Positions 22,939 to 31,148 of a stretch of 32,000 nt of DNA are shown here, one piece after another. Location of the stretch: contig CP066689.1 in the NCBI GenBank assembly GCA_016432445.1, positions 180,001 through 212,000 of the forward strand. The letters run 5' to 3'. This stretch comes from Candidatus Saccharimonadota bacterium. GTDB lineage: Bacteria > Patescibacteriota > Microgenomatia > UBA1406 > GWC2-37-13. The first letter of the stretch is position 1. Every line of letters starts with the position of its first letter. The position numbers and the translations under genes were made by a program. The notes under the pieces were generated by a model, which saw only the letters and a program-made list of their open reading frames with translations, did no database searches and was not told the DNA's origin.

Positions 22939-24561
22939 ATGATGAAAAATAAGCAAAGGGGTGAAATTGCAACTATCGTCACATTGGGCACACTTCTTGT
23001 GCTTGGTGTCTCTACCTTAGTTTCCTCACTGCTCCTTAATAATAATAAACAAACAACTAAAACTAAAGCAGCCGAGCAGTGTTTTAATCTGACTGCTAAT
23101 GTTGAAGTGAGACCAGAAGGCAGCAAAAAAGCTTTTTATGTCTCAGTTAATTTTGAGAGTCAAACAGATGGGCAAGTCCAGCTATTTTACAATGGACTGC
23201 GTGTTACCGGATGGAATGAGCTTTCCGGAGGAAGGTATAATTATGGGCCAGCGTGGACACAGCCTTTCACCAAGGGTAATGGGGCAGCGGGAATAGCTGC
23301 TCTTCCTGCTGATAACGGGATGAAAGAAATGCCTTTTACTTATGAAGGTTGGCACAGCAGTTGTGTTCCTCAGTCGCAGACAATTAACTGTACGATCGGT
23401 GTAAATGAAAGTGGTACTCCTTATTTAAAAGGAGACGCTTGTACAGCTACGAATTTTGACGCAAATGCAGGCCTCTCTCAGCCAACTAATCCACCATCTC
23501 AAAGAGATTCACCAGAAAGTTCAGCACCAAAAGCAGGAGATCCTTGCCGTTATCCTCAAGAAGATGCACCTGGTGTCGTCAATTGTTATGAAGGTAATTA
23601 CAATGAAAAAAGAGAGTGTAAGTACATTGAAGGAGTATCAACAGGAAATAAAATCTCTTGCGAGGGTGATTATGGCTACAAACCTGCTTCTTCTGGTAGT
23701 AGTCAATCAGGCAGTTCAGCTTCAGTGCCGACCAATACTCCTCAGCCGACCCCGACTTCTTTTCGCTTAATATCTCAACCTACCCCTACAAATATCCCAA
23801 CACCAACTCAAATTTTAACTTCTTCTAGTGAAAAGCCGAGGAATGATTGTATCAATTATGTTGGATCTACTTGTGTTATATCGGATGACTATAGTGGTGA
23901 TTTAGAGTGTGTCAATGGGTGGCTGTGTCCTAAAGAAAAACCAAAAACTACACCTACCTCAACAGTTCCTAGTCCGACTGTATCTTTAAAAACATGCTAT
24001 GAATTCAGTTGCCGATCGCCTAATGAAAGAATTAAATACTGGATGTTGAGTCAAGACGGCGCATCCGCAGCTATTTATTCAAGTAATGAGGAGTGTTTGA
24101 AGGGCTCAAAAAGTAATCAAAGAGTTGATGTTTCCGAATATCGAGATAGTAAGATTCGAACTTGGTGCGATGAAAGATCACAGAGTCGAATTAATGTTGA
24201 AGTTACCGTTGAAAATAGAAATTGCGAAAATAAGAAAATAGAAGAAATAGGTATTGCTACTTCATATTTTGATCCCAATAGGGAGGATGAAGTTCTTGAT
24301 AAGTCTGGAACAAAATCAGGAGGTTTCAACGGTGAAGAAAAATCAAAAACTTATTATTTTTCTTTCAATACTGCATTTAATAAAAACAATGCGTTAAAGG
24401 ATGCATTTTATATCAAAGCGTATAATTCTTTAATTCCAAAATTATCTGGTAATAATAATGATGTTGATAGAATTTTTCTATATTCCACCTCTAGGCTAAT
24501 TTTGGTTGATAAGCCAAGGACTTACAAAATGCAAATTACAAATGATTGTAGCAAACCATAA
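22939..24561 (+). CDS. Large modular Cys-rich secreted/anchored protein, unknown function
   Basis: The track starts at TTG 22936; ATG 22939 or 22942 is more likely. N-terminal hydrophobic anchor IATIVTLGTLLVLGVSTLVSSLLL. Several short Cys-containing modules are separated by S/T/P-rich linkers. I recognise no known domain. Confidence 0.65.
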   Translation: MMKNKQRGEIATIVTLGTLLVLGVSTLVSSLLLNNNKQTTKTKAAEQCFNLTANVEVRPEGSKKAFYVSVNFESQTDGQVQLFYNGLRVTGWNELSGGRYNYGPAWTQPFTKGNGAAGIAALPADNGMKEMPFTYEGWHSSCVPQSQTINCTIGVNESGTPYLKGDACTATNFDANAGLSQPTNPPSQRDSPESSAPKAGDPCRYPQEDAPGVVNCYEGNYNEKRECKYIEGVSTGNKISCEGDYGYKPASSGSSQSGSSASVPTNTPQPTPTSFRLISQPTPTNIPTPTQILTSSSEKPRNDCINYVGSTCVISDDYSGDLECVNGWLCPKEKPKTTPTSTVPSPTVSLKTCYEFSCRSPNERIKYWMLSQDGASAAIYSSNEECLKGSKSNQRVDVSEYRDSKIRTWCDERSQSRINVEVTVENRNCENKKIEEIGIATSYFDPNREDEVLDKSGTKSGGFNGEEKSKTYYFSFNTAFNKNNALKDAFYIKAYNSLIPKLSGNNNDVDRIFLYSTSRLILVDKPRTYKMQITNDCSKP

Positions 24562-24563
24562 AT

Positions 24564-24953
24564 ATGAACAAAAAGATAACTTATTTAAAAATATTTGGTG
24601 TTTTGGCGGTGAGTTATTTAATAATAAATATTTTTGCTAAGGAGGTCTTTATAGCTAATACTCCCAAAATTCGTCCTAATCTCGATAGATACATTGCATC
24701 AAAATTAAATAGTAATATACAATTTCTTGCCGGATTAATAAATAAACGAACACCAGAGGAAGAGCTTAAAGATATTCCTTTAAAAATGGTAACGAAAGGA
24801 ATATATGCTAAGGATAAGGATAATGTTTCTCAAACCGTTATTAAGTTGAATGAGGTAGAGTTTGTAGAATATACATTTAATACGTCAAAAGGCCCGATAA
24901 AAATAAAAGTTCCCAAAGGGCAAAACCCGCCGCCTCAAGGGGCGTTTGAATAA
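24564..24953 (+). CDS. Hypothetical N-terminally anchored protein
   Basis: Starts 3 nt after the previous stop. One N-terminal TM (IFGVLAVSYLIINIF). Confidence 0.55.
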   Translation: MNKKITYLKIFGVLAVSYLIINIFAKEVFIANTPKIRPNLDRYIASKLNSNIQFLAGLINKRTPEEELKDIPLKMVTKGIYAKDKDNVSQTVIKLNEVEFVEYTFNTSKGPIKIKVPKGQNPPPQGAFE

Positions 24954-24981
24954 TTTATTTAAAAGTTGTACAGTTTAATTT

Positions 24982-25278
24982 ATGTACATAGGGCCGTTTT
25001 ATTTAGATACGAAAGAAATATTTTTGATTTTGGCTTCATTATTAATTGGCGCCGCCATGTTTTTTGGCTGGCCTATGTGGTGGTTTGACAAGAGTGTGCT
25101 TTTGACCATAGTTATCCTTATGCTTATAACCAAAGGTCTGCTTCCGGCCATCCACAACGAAGCATTTTTTATCCTGGCCATTGCGACAATTTTTCTTACT
25201 CTTTATCTGCCGGTTTTCCATGTAGTTTTGTTTTACTTCATAAGCTTCCTGCTTTTCCGGTTGCTTAAGGTCATTTAA
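24982..25278 (+). CDS. Hypothetical small polytopic membrane protein
   Basis: 98 aa with three to four hydrophobic helices. Confidence 0.5.
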   Translation: MYIGPFYLDTKEIFLILASLLIGAAMFFGWPMWWFDKSVLLTIVILMLITKGLLPAIHNEAFFILAIATIFLTLYLPVFHVVLFYFISFLLFRLLKVI

Positions 25279-25288
25279 GAAGATTTTT

Positions 25289-25549
25289 TTAGCGGGAAAA
25301 GGCAGCGACTGTTCCGAGAACTCCAATTGCTAGAATTCCGGCGATAATAGCTATATTCCTTCTAGCCTCTTGAACACTGAAATAATTTTCGTGTTTTTGA
25401 AACGCTTTTCTTCGGGAATAGGTAGAGATGTGAACTTGATGCCAGATATCTCCCAGTCGATCTATTACTGAAGGTCCGGGAATTCTTCTCCATTTATCGT
25501 GTTTATGACGGTGATGTGGTCTTTCAGGCATAGTGGCAAATTCTACCAC
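25289..25549 (-). CDS. Hypothetical His/Arg-rich tail-anchored protein
   Basis: PERPHHRHKHDKWRR at the N-terminus and a C-terminal TM IAIIAGILAIGVLGTVAAF. Convergent with the previous gene. Confidence 0.45.
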   Translation of the reverse strand: MVEFATMPERPHHRHKHDKWRRIPGPSVIDRLGDIWHQVHISTYSRRKAFQKHENYFSVQEARRNIAIIAGILAIGVLGTVAAFSR

Positions 25550-25620
25550 ATATAAACAGCTTTGTTCAACTTGATTGTTGATTTATTGATTTTCAAGTTC
25601 AAAATTGTTAAGATAATTAT

Positions 25621-25956
25621 ATGGGGTGGATTATAAGGATAATGATAAGTGCTTTGGCCATTTTTATTACTTCAAGGATTCTAACTGGTGTTAGGGTTGA
25701 TAATTTTATAACCGCTTTAGTTGTTGCTATTGTTTTGGGGGTTATAAATACTTTTATCAAACCTCTTATTCTTCTTTTAACTCTTCCCTTAAATATTATT
25801 TCACTGGGATTACTTACCTTTATAATTAACGGTTTGTTAATTCTTCTTACGGCCTCTTTTGTTAAGGGATTTTCTGTAGACAATATCTGGTGGGCAATCT
25901 TATTCAGTTTGGTAGTTTCGGTTGTAAGCTCAGTTCTTCATGGATTGACAAAGTAG
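25621..25956 (+). CDS. Holin superfamily IV-like membrane protein (YvlD/DUF360-like)
   Basis: MGWIIRIMISALAIFITSRILTGVRVDNFITALVVAIVLGVINTFIKPLILLLTLPLNIISLGLLTFIINGLLILL matches the family pattern (ALaL.l.a.llpg..v..f.tal.aAlvLgllN..irPil..ltlP...lTlGLf.lvina..l) as I remember it. Confidence 0.7.
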   Translation: MGWIIRIMISALAIFITSRILTGVRVDNFITALVVAIVLGVINTFIKPLILLLTLPLNIISLGLLTFIINGLLILLTASFVKGFSVDNIWWAILFSLVVSVVSSVLHGLTK

Positions 25957-25957
25957 T

Positions 25958-27094
25958 ATGAATGATCAAATAATCTGTCCTAACTGCAAAAACCCAATTC
26001 CTCTTAGTGAGGCGCTTTCCCACAAGCTTAAGGAACAATTTGAAGAGGATCATAAAAAAGAGATGGAATCTGCAATTGCGCAAGCTGTTCAAAAAAAACT
26101 TGAGGAGAACGATACGGAAATGAAGGATTTGAAAACTCAGCTTGAAGAGCAGACAAAAAAAATGAGTGAGTTTCGCGATCAAGAACTTAAACTGCGAGAG
26201 GAAAAAAGAAAGATTGCTGAGGAAAAAAAAGATTTGGAATTGAGTGTCCAACGCAGGATAGATAGTGAAAGAAAGCGTATCGAAGAGGCAGTCCTTGAGA
26301 AAGTTGCTGAAGATCAAAGATTTAAAGATGCAGAAAAGGACAAATTAATAGAAGGATTAAAAAAATCTCTTGAAGAGGCACAACGTAAAGCTCAGGTTGG
26401 TTCTCAACAGATGCAAGGAGAGGTCTTAGAGCTTGATCTTCAAAATCTTTTGATGAAGCTTTTCCCTCAAGATGAGATTGAAGAGATAGGAAAAGGTGTT
26501 AATGGGGCAGATATTCGCCAGACGGTAAAAAGTCCTAAAGGAATGTCTTGCGGAACGATCCTATGGGAATGTAAAAGAAAAAAGGCCTGGTCAGATGGAG
26601 ACGTAGTCAAACTTAAAGAAGATTTAAGGCGGGATAACGATAATTTTGGAGTGATTGTTGCTACTTCTTTACCCAAACAAAACAAAAGCGGTTTGTGTTT
26701 AATCGATGGTGTTTGGGTCTGCAGTTTTCTTTTATCTGATGGAGTAGCTCTTATGCTTCGCCGGTTAATTCTTGATGTCGCTTACCAAAAGGCTGTTTCC
26801 GTTCACAGAGGAGAGAAATCAGATCTACTGTATTCTTACGTTACCAGTAATAAATTTCAACAGCAATTTGAGATTATGGTTGAGGTCTATACATCAATGA
26901 AAGAACAGTTAAGGAAAGAGCGTGATGGATTTAAAAAAATCTGGTCAGAAAGAGAATCTCAATTAGAACGTTACATAAATAGTGCGGCCAACATCTACGG
27001 ATCAATGCAGGGTTTGGTAGGAAGTTCTATGCCTCAGATCAAAGGGTTTGATGTTTTTGAACTTGAAAGCGGAAAAGCAGTTGATGAGGAATAA
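25958..27094 (+). CDS. DUF2130-family protein: Zn-ribbon + long coiled coil + PD-(D/E)xK-like C-terminal domain
   Basis: N-terminal ICPNCKNPIPLSEAL, about 140 aa of K/E-rich heptad-like sequence, then GADIRQTVKSPKGMSCGTILWECKRKKAWSDGDVVKLKEDL (D...E.K arrangement). Family name is from memory. Confidence 0.7.
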   Translation: MNDQIICPNCKNPIPLSEALSHKLKEQFEEDHKKEMESAIAQAVQKKLEENDTEMKDLKTQLEEQTKKMSEFRDQELKLREEKRKIAEEKKDLELSVQRRIDSERKRIEEAVLEKVAEDQRFKDAEKDKLIEGLKKSLEEAQRKAQVGSQQMQGEVLELDLQNLLMKLFPQDEIEEIGKGVNGADIRQTVKSPKGMSCGTILWECKRKKAWSDGDVVKLKEDLRRDNDNFGVIVATSLPKQNKSGLCLIDGVWVCSFLLSDGVALMLRRLILDVAYQKAVSVHRGEKSDLLYSYVTSNKFQQQFEIMVEVYTSMKEQLRKERDGFKKIWSERESQLERYINSAANIYGSMQGLVGSSMPQIKGFDVFELESGKAVDEE

Positions 27095-27103
27095 TTATAA
27101 CTT

Positions 27104-27727
27104 ATGAAAAACGACTCTTTTGATGATTTAATGTTATTTATCTCAAGAATCATATTGATTATTCCTTTAGTAGTAATTTTTATCGGTTCAATAATTTTCG
27201 CTAGAAATAAAATAGACGTTTTGAGAACTTTCAGCGTAAAGCAAAAAGAAATTATAACTCCGTCTATCCTGCCGTCGCCTAAACCAACTCAAAATCTCTC
27301 CACTAAATCGGAGACTTCTGAGGTTAAGATTGATCTTAAGGGTCCCTTTGTTTGCAATTATTCATCGAAAGAATCAACTCTAAGTGCCCAGATTAAAGAT
27401 AAAAACATTTGGCTTGAAAGAAAAGAAAGTAATAATACATCTTATTACCTTTTAAAAGGTGATTGTTTGTATATGTGGGAGAATGGTAATTCAGGCACCA
27501 AAATGTGCAGTTTAAGCCAATATATTTCCATGTTTGAAACATTTTCATCTTTAGGCATCATGAACATTAGCAGTATGCTTGAGGCTTTTTCTAAATCAGG
27601 TATAAGCAATAAAAACTTACCTCAAGAGGCAGTAGTCAATGATATCTTAAAAACCTGTAAGAAAGAGAGTGTTGATCAGAATAAGTTTAATATCCCTAAT
27701 AAAGTTAATTTTAAATCAAAGCCATAA
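27104..27727 (+). CDS. Hypothetical N-terminally anchored protein
   Basis: One TM (IILIIPLVVIFIGSIIFA) and an extracytoplasmic domain with 4 Cys. Confidence 0.55.
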   Translation: MKNDSFDDLMLFISRIILIIPLVVIFIGSIIFARNKIDVLRTFSVKQKEIITPSILPSPKPTQNLSTKSETSEVKIDLKGPFVCNYSSKESTLSAQIKDKNIWLERKESNNTSYYLLKGDCLYMWENGNSGTKMCSLSQYISMFETFSSLGIMNISSMLEAFSKSGISNKNLPQEAVVNDILKTCKKESVDQNKFNIPNKVNFKSKP

Positions 27728-27732
27728 AAAAA

Positions 27733-27850
27733 CCCGGCTACGACCTAGTTTCCCCTGCCACGATTTGCGGCGAGTATCATCGGCGCTGATTCGTTTCACT
27801 TCCTTGTTCGGGATGGGTAAGGGTGGTTCCAAATCGCTCCAGTAACCGGG
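27733..27850 (-). rRNA. rrf: 5S ribosomal RNA
   Basis: The reverse complement reads CCCGGTTACTGGAGCGATTTGGAACCACCCTTACCCATCCCGAACAAGGAAGTGAAACGAATCAGCGCCGATGATACTCGCCGCAAATCGTGGCAGGGGAAACTAGGTCGTAGCCGGG. It has the universal CCCAUCCCGAAC, GAAGUGAAAC and AGCGCCGAUGAUAC blocks, and helix I CCCGG/CCGGG is followed by a T run. Confidence 0.9.
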
Positions 27851-27904
27851 AGATTACATTATATCTAATGGATATAAAAATATCAACAATATATAATAAG
27901 TTCA

Positions 27905-28441
27905 ATGGAAATAAAATCAAAACATGGATTATTAAAATCATTCATGCTTAATCCCGATATTACTTTTGAGAATCAGCATGAAGATGAGAAAGTTTTCTTA
28001 TTTTTAAGAGCTCATTTAGCTACTCAAATTACTTGGATTATTAGTGTTGTTATACTTTTCATATTGCTTTTAATTTTTGATTTTTTGGCAGCTTCTTTTA
28101 TAGGTTTTCGACAGTTATTGGTTATTAATATTTTCGCTATAATTTTTATGCTCAGTTTTGCTTGGCTTAATTATTTACATTGGTTTTTCAATGTAGGTAT
28201 CATTACTGATGAAAGGATAATTGATATAGATTTTAATAATATTCTATATAGAGAAATTAATTCCGCTAGGTTAAAGAGTATTGAAGATATTACTTCAAAA
28301 GGTGTTGGTTTTTTTGGGTCGCTTTTTAATTATGGCGATATATTTATTCAAACCGCCGGTACAGAAACAAATATCGAGTTTTATCATGTGCCTGATCCTT
28401 CAAAAGTGACACATATAATTAATGGATTATTAAAACCATAG
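27905..28441 (+). CDS. Membrane protein with bacterial PH-like (YdbS/YdbT-type) C-terminal domain
   Basis: Two TM helices, then GIITDERIIDIDFNN...IEDITSKGVGFFGSLFNYGDIFIQTAGTETNIEFYHVPDPSKV. Confidence 0.5.
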   Translation: MEIKSKHGLLKSFMLNPDITFENQHEDEKVFLFLRAHLATQITWIISVVILFILLLIFDFLAASFIGFRQLLVINIFAIIFMLSFAWLNYLHWFFNVGIITDERIIDIDFNNILYREINSARLKSIEDITSKGVGFFGSLFNYGDIFIQTAGTETNIEFYHVPDPSKVTHIINGLLKP

Positions 28442-28442
28442 T

Positions 28443-28682
28443 ATGGATTCAAACTTTTTAAATAATATTTTTACCGGCACAAATATGATCGTTTTTTTTT
28501 ATAAAGCTTTCATTATTGTTTTTGCACTTATGTATTTTGTTTACGCAATAATCCTCAAAAAACAAATAAATATTATGAATACGACATTAAGAACAAATGC
28601 ATATGGTTTTATTTCATTGGTTTCTTCACTGCAAATTTTAATATCTATTTTATTAATAATATTAGCGATATTTGCGGCTTAA
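28443..28682 (+). CDS. Hypothetical small two-TM protein
   Basis: Starts 2 nt after the previous stop. Two hydrophobic helices. Confidence 0.5.
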   Translation: MDSNFLNNIFTGTNMIVFFYKAFIIVFALMYFVYAIILKKQINIMNTTLRTNAYGFISLVSSLQILISILLIILAIFAA

Positions 28683-28685
28683 AGT

Positions 28686-30407
28686 ATGAAGCAGGCACAA
28701 CATGCAATCTATATTAATGACGGAAAAGAAAAGAATGTTGTCAAATATTTTAATACCAATAATTTTTTTTTAATTCTGCAAACAGAAGATGGATCTTCTT
28801 TAGGAAATGATGAACAAATAGTTCAGAAGTTTGGACAATCCATAATAACCAAAAAAGTATCTAATTTGGCTGAGTTTGAACATATTTTAACGCAAACAAT
28901 TAAAGATCTAAACTTACCCGCTAATTTGTCACTGGCCGCAGGTTACATCAAGGAAGAAATTTTTTACCTTAAAACTGTAGGATCAGGACAGATTTTTTTA
29001 AAAAGAGGCAAAAATTTTGCCAAAATTATCGAAGGAGAACAAAGCGCTTCAGGCTACATACAGGATGAAGATATATATACGTTAACAATAGAAAGTTTCT
29101 CAGACATGTTGTCTGAAGAGGGAATTAAAAAAATATTAAATAAAGACACAGATGAAATTGTAAAAAAAATAAATATTCCTCCAGATAAAAATGAAGGATT
29201 AATTGCTTTTTTTATCAGCTTTAATCAAAAATCATATGAAAGTTATACTTCTTCCGTTAATTATTCATTTAAGAATCCTTTATCCGGTTTTATTTCAAAC
29301 TGGCAGGAGATTAAGAGTAAATCAGGCAATAAAAATATTATTACGATTATTGCAGTAACTGTAATTTTTGTCATTTTGATATGGAGTGTTGTTTTAGGAT
29401 ATAAAAGAAGGAGTGATAATCAGGCAAAAAAATTAATAGAAATAACGCGTGAGGTTATTAACCAAAAACTTTCTCAATCTGAGGATACAGCTTTTCTTAA
29501 TTTATCTAGGTCACAGATTTTATTATCTGAGGCGCGTTTGGAATTAGCCAATCTTAAATTAAAGTTGGGAGATAGATATAAAGAAAAGATAGAAGAACTA
29601 GATAAGTTTATAAAAATTAAGGAAAGTCAGATTATGAAAAAAGAAGAGAAAACACCTGAAGAATTTTTTGATTTAACTGTTGATAATAAAAGCGCCACCG
29701 GTGATGAACTAGGTACTGACGGTGGACAGATTGCGGTTTTAGATAAAACTAACAGCAATATCTACGTTGTCTCCATTTCCAAAAAATCATTAAATAAAAA
29801 AAGTTTTGATAAGATAAGATCAGCTTCTTTAGTTGCCATATCCGATTCGGATATTTTTTTCATATCGTCTGAAGGAATATTTAAAATAACTGATGATAAA
29901 ATGGACAAAATTATTGATAAAGACTCAGAGTGGGGTAGGATTAGCGGTCTTACCATTTACAATAAAAACATTTATCTTTTAGATTCTTCTAAGGGGAAAA
30001 TATATAAGTATGCTGTTGCTGATAGCGGTTATTCATCAAAATCCAGTTATTTGAAAGATAATGATCTAAGCGGTCTTGAGCTTAATTCTTCAATAGCCAT
30101 TGATTCCTCAGTTTATATAAACTTAAAAGACAGTATTGTCAAATTCACCGGAGGAATAAGAGATGAGTTTACAACGGAGTTTCCGGAAAACAATATTAAC
30201 ATAACGAAAGTGATAACCGGTAAAGATGAAGAAAAAGTTTACGCTTGGGATAAAACCAAAGGAGTTATGTACATCTTGGGAAAAAATGGAACTTATGAAA
30301 GACAAGTCAACTCTAATGCTTTATCCAAAGCAATGGATGTGATTGTCAGTGAAGCAACAGCCTATCTTCTTATTAATAATAAAATTTATTCTTTAAAGCT
30401 TAATTAA
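28686..30407 (+). CDS. Hypothetical bitopic protein: N-terminal globular domain, TM, coiled coil, repeat (beta-propeller-like) C-terminal domain
   Basis: TM IITIIAVTVIFVILIWSVVLGY near residue 220. The C-terminal part has 5-6 repeats of the type ...NIYVVS / GIFKIT / NIYLLDSSKGKIYKY / SVYINLKDSIVKF / KVYAWDKTKGVMYIL / KIYSLKL. Confidence 0.6.
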   Translation: MKQAQHAIYINDGKEKNVVKYFNTNNFFLILQTEDGSSLGNDEQIVQKFGQSIITKKVSNLAEFEHILTQTIKDLNLPANLSLAAGYIKEEIFYLKTVGSGQIFLKRGKNFAKIIEGEQSASGYIQDEDIYTLTIESFSDMLSEEGIKKILNKDTDEIVKKINIPPDKNEGLIAFFISFNQKSYESYTSSVNYSFKNPLSGFISNWQEIKSKSGNKNIITIIAVTVIFVILIWSVVLGYKRRSDNQAKKLIEITREVINQKLSQSEDTAFLNLSRSQILLSEARLELANLKLKLGDRYKEKIEELDKFIKIKESQIMKKEEKTPEEFFDLTVDNKSATGDELGTDGGQIAVLDKTNSNIYVVSISKKSLNKKSFDKIRSASLVAISDSDIFFISSEGIFKITDDKMDKIIDKDSEWGRISGLTIYNKNIYLLDSSKGKIYKYAVADSGYSSKSSYLKDNDLSGLELNSSIAIDSSVYINLKDSIVKFTGGIRDEFTTEFPENNINITKVITGKDEEKVYAWDKTKGVMYILGKNGTYERQVNSNALSKAMDVIVSEATAYLLINNKIYSLKLN

Positions 30408-30781
30408 GGATTAAGGGAAGGCAAATTAATAATCCATCCGTTATCAGTTTTTGTTACTATTCCTAAGATATCTCCACTTACCACGCCAAAAATAGTTAAA
30501 GATATAACTACAAGAAGCATACCGATAACAGCGTTTTGTATTTTATTTCTGGCTTTTTCAACTTTTTCTTTATCGCCTTCAGAAACAATCCAGTCTAAAG
30601 CACCCCACAAAAGGTATATAAGCATAAAAATTCCGCCGCCTATTAACGCCAAATTAATAAATTTACCTATAGTTGATCCCAATAGCGACATGGCATTGGC
30701 ATCACTTGGATTTTGCTTTAAGGCACTACACAATGGTCCAAAACAAATTGTTTCTGAACTCTTGGCAAGTAAATTATTCAT
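30404..30781 (-). CDS. TrbC/VirB2-type (type IV secretion) pilin-like protein, paralog 1
   Basis: Two TM helices flank the block GGGIFMLIYLLWGALDWIVSEGDKEKVEKARNKIQNAVIGMLLVV. Its stop overlaps the convergent gene's stop within TTAA at 30404-30407. Confidence 0.6.
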   Translation of the reverse strand: MNNLLAKSSETICFGPLCSALKQNPSDANAMSLLGSTIGKFINLALIGGGIFMLIYLLWGALDWIVSEGDKEKVEKARNKIQNAVIGMLLVVISLTIFGVVSGDILGIVTKTDNGWIINLPSLNP

Positions 30782-30784
30782 AAA

Positions 30785-31147
30785 TTATGGTGTAACTGGT
30801 TGAAAATCAGGATTTAAGACTGCATCCCAGCGTCCAAAAAATACTATACCGATAACGGCCGCGGCTAAAGGTGCAATAACGATGATAACAAGTCCGACAA
30901 TAGTATAGGTAATTCTTAAGTTGGCTTCAGCTACCTGTTTAGCATCGCCTCCGGAAAATATATATTTATATCCAGCTATAATTAGATTAAGGAGTGTAAA
31001 TAAGCCGGCCACAACAAGAGCAATAGATAAACCTGTATTGGCTATTCTTACTAAGCCTTCTTGAGGATCGGCTACATTTGGAGTTCCGACAGGCGGAGTT
31101 ATTTTTCCAAAAATGTCAGTGGCAGTAGTGGCCAAAAAATTCATCAT
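30785..31147 (-). CDS. TrbC/VirB2-type pilin-like protein, paralog 2
   Basis: VVAGLFTLLNLIIAGYKYIFSGGDAKQVAEANLRITYTIVGLVIIV, the same block as paralogs 1 and 3. Confidence 0.6.
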   Translation of the reverse strand: MMNFLATTATDIFGKITPPVGTPNVADPQEGLVRIANTGLSIALVVAGLFTLLNLIIAGYKYIFSGGDAKQVAEANLRITYTIVGLVIIVIAPLAAAVIGIVFFGRWDAVLNPDFQPVTP

Positions 31148-31148
31148 A

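Noticed and set aside
21531-24329. ORFs 21531..21764 (-), 22053..22349 (-), 22914..23126 (-), 23456..23770 (+, alternate frame) and 24117..24329 (-)
   Set aside because: All overlap the GH18, carboxypeptidase or Cys-rich protein genes, in antisense or alternate frames, and have no independent support.
24999-26685. ORFs 24999..25181 (-), 25042..25326 (-), 25617..25883 (-), 25904..26317 (-) and 26467..26685 (-)
   Set aside because: They are antisense to the membrane protein, holin-like and DUF2130 genes. 25617..25883 mirrors the holin-like gene almost exactly, but only the plus frame gives the family-like TM pattern. 25904..26317 is a low-complexity F/L-rich mirror of the K/E-rich coiled coil.
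29762-30305. Minus-strand ORFs 29762..29956 and 30123..30305
   Set aside because: Both are antisense to the 573-aa gene, short, and have no motifs.
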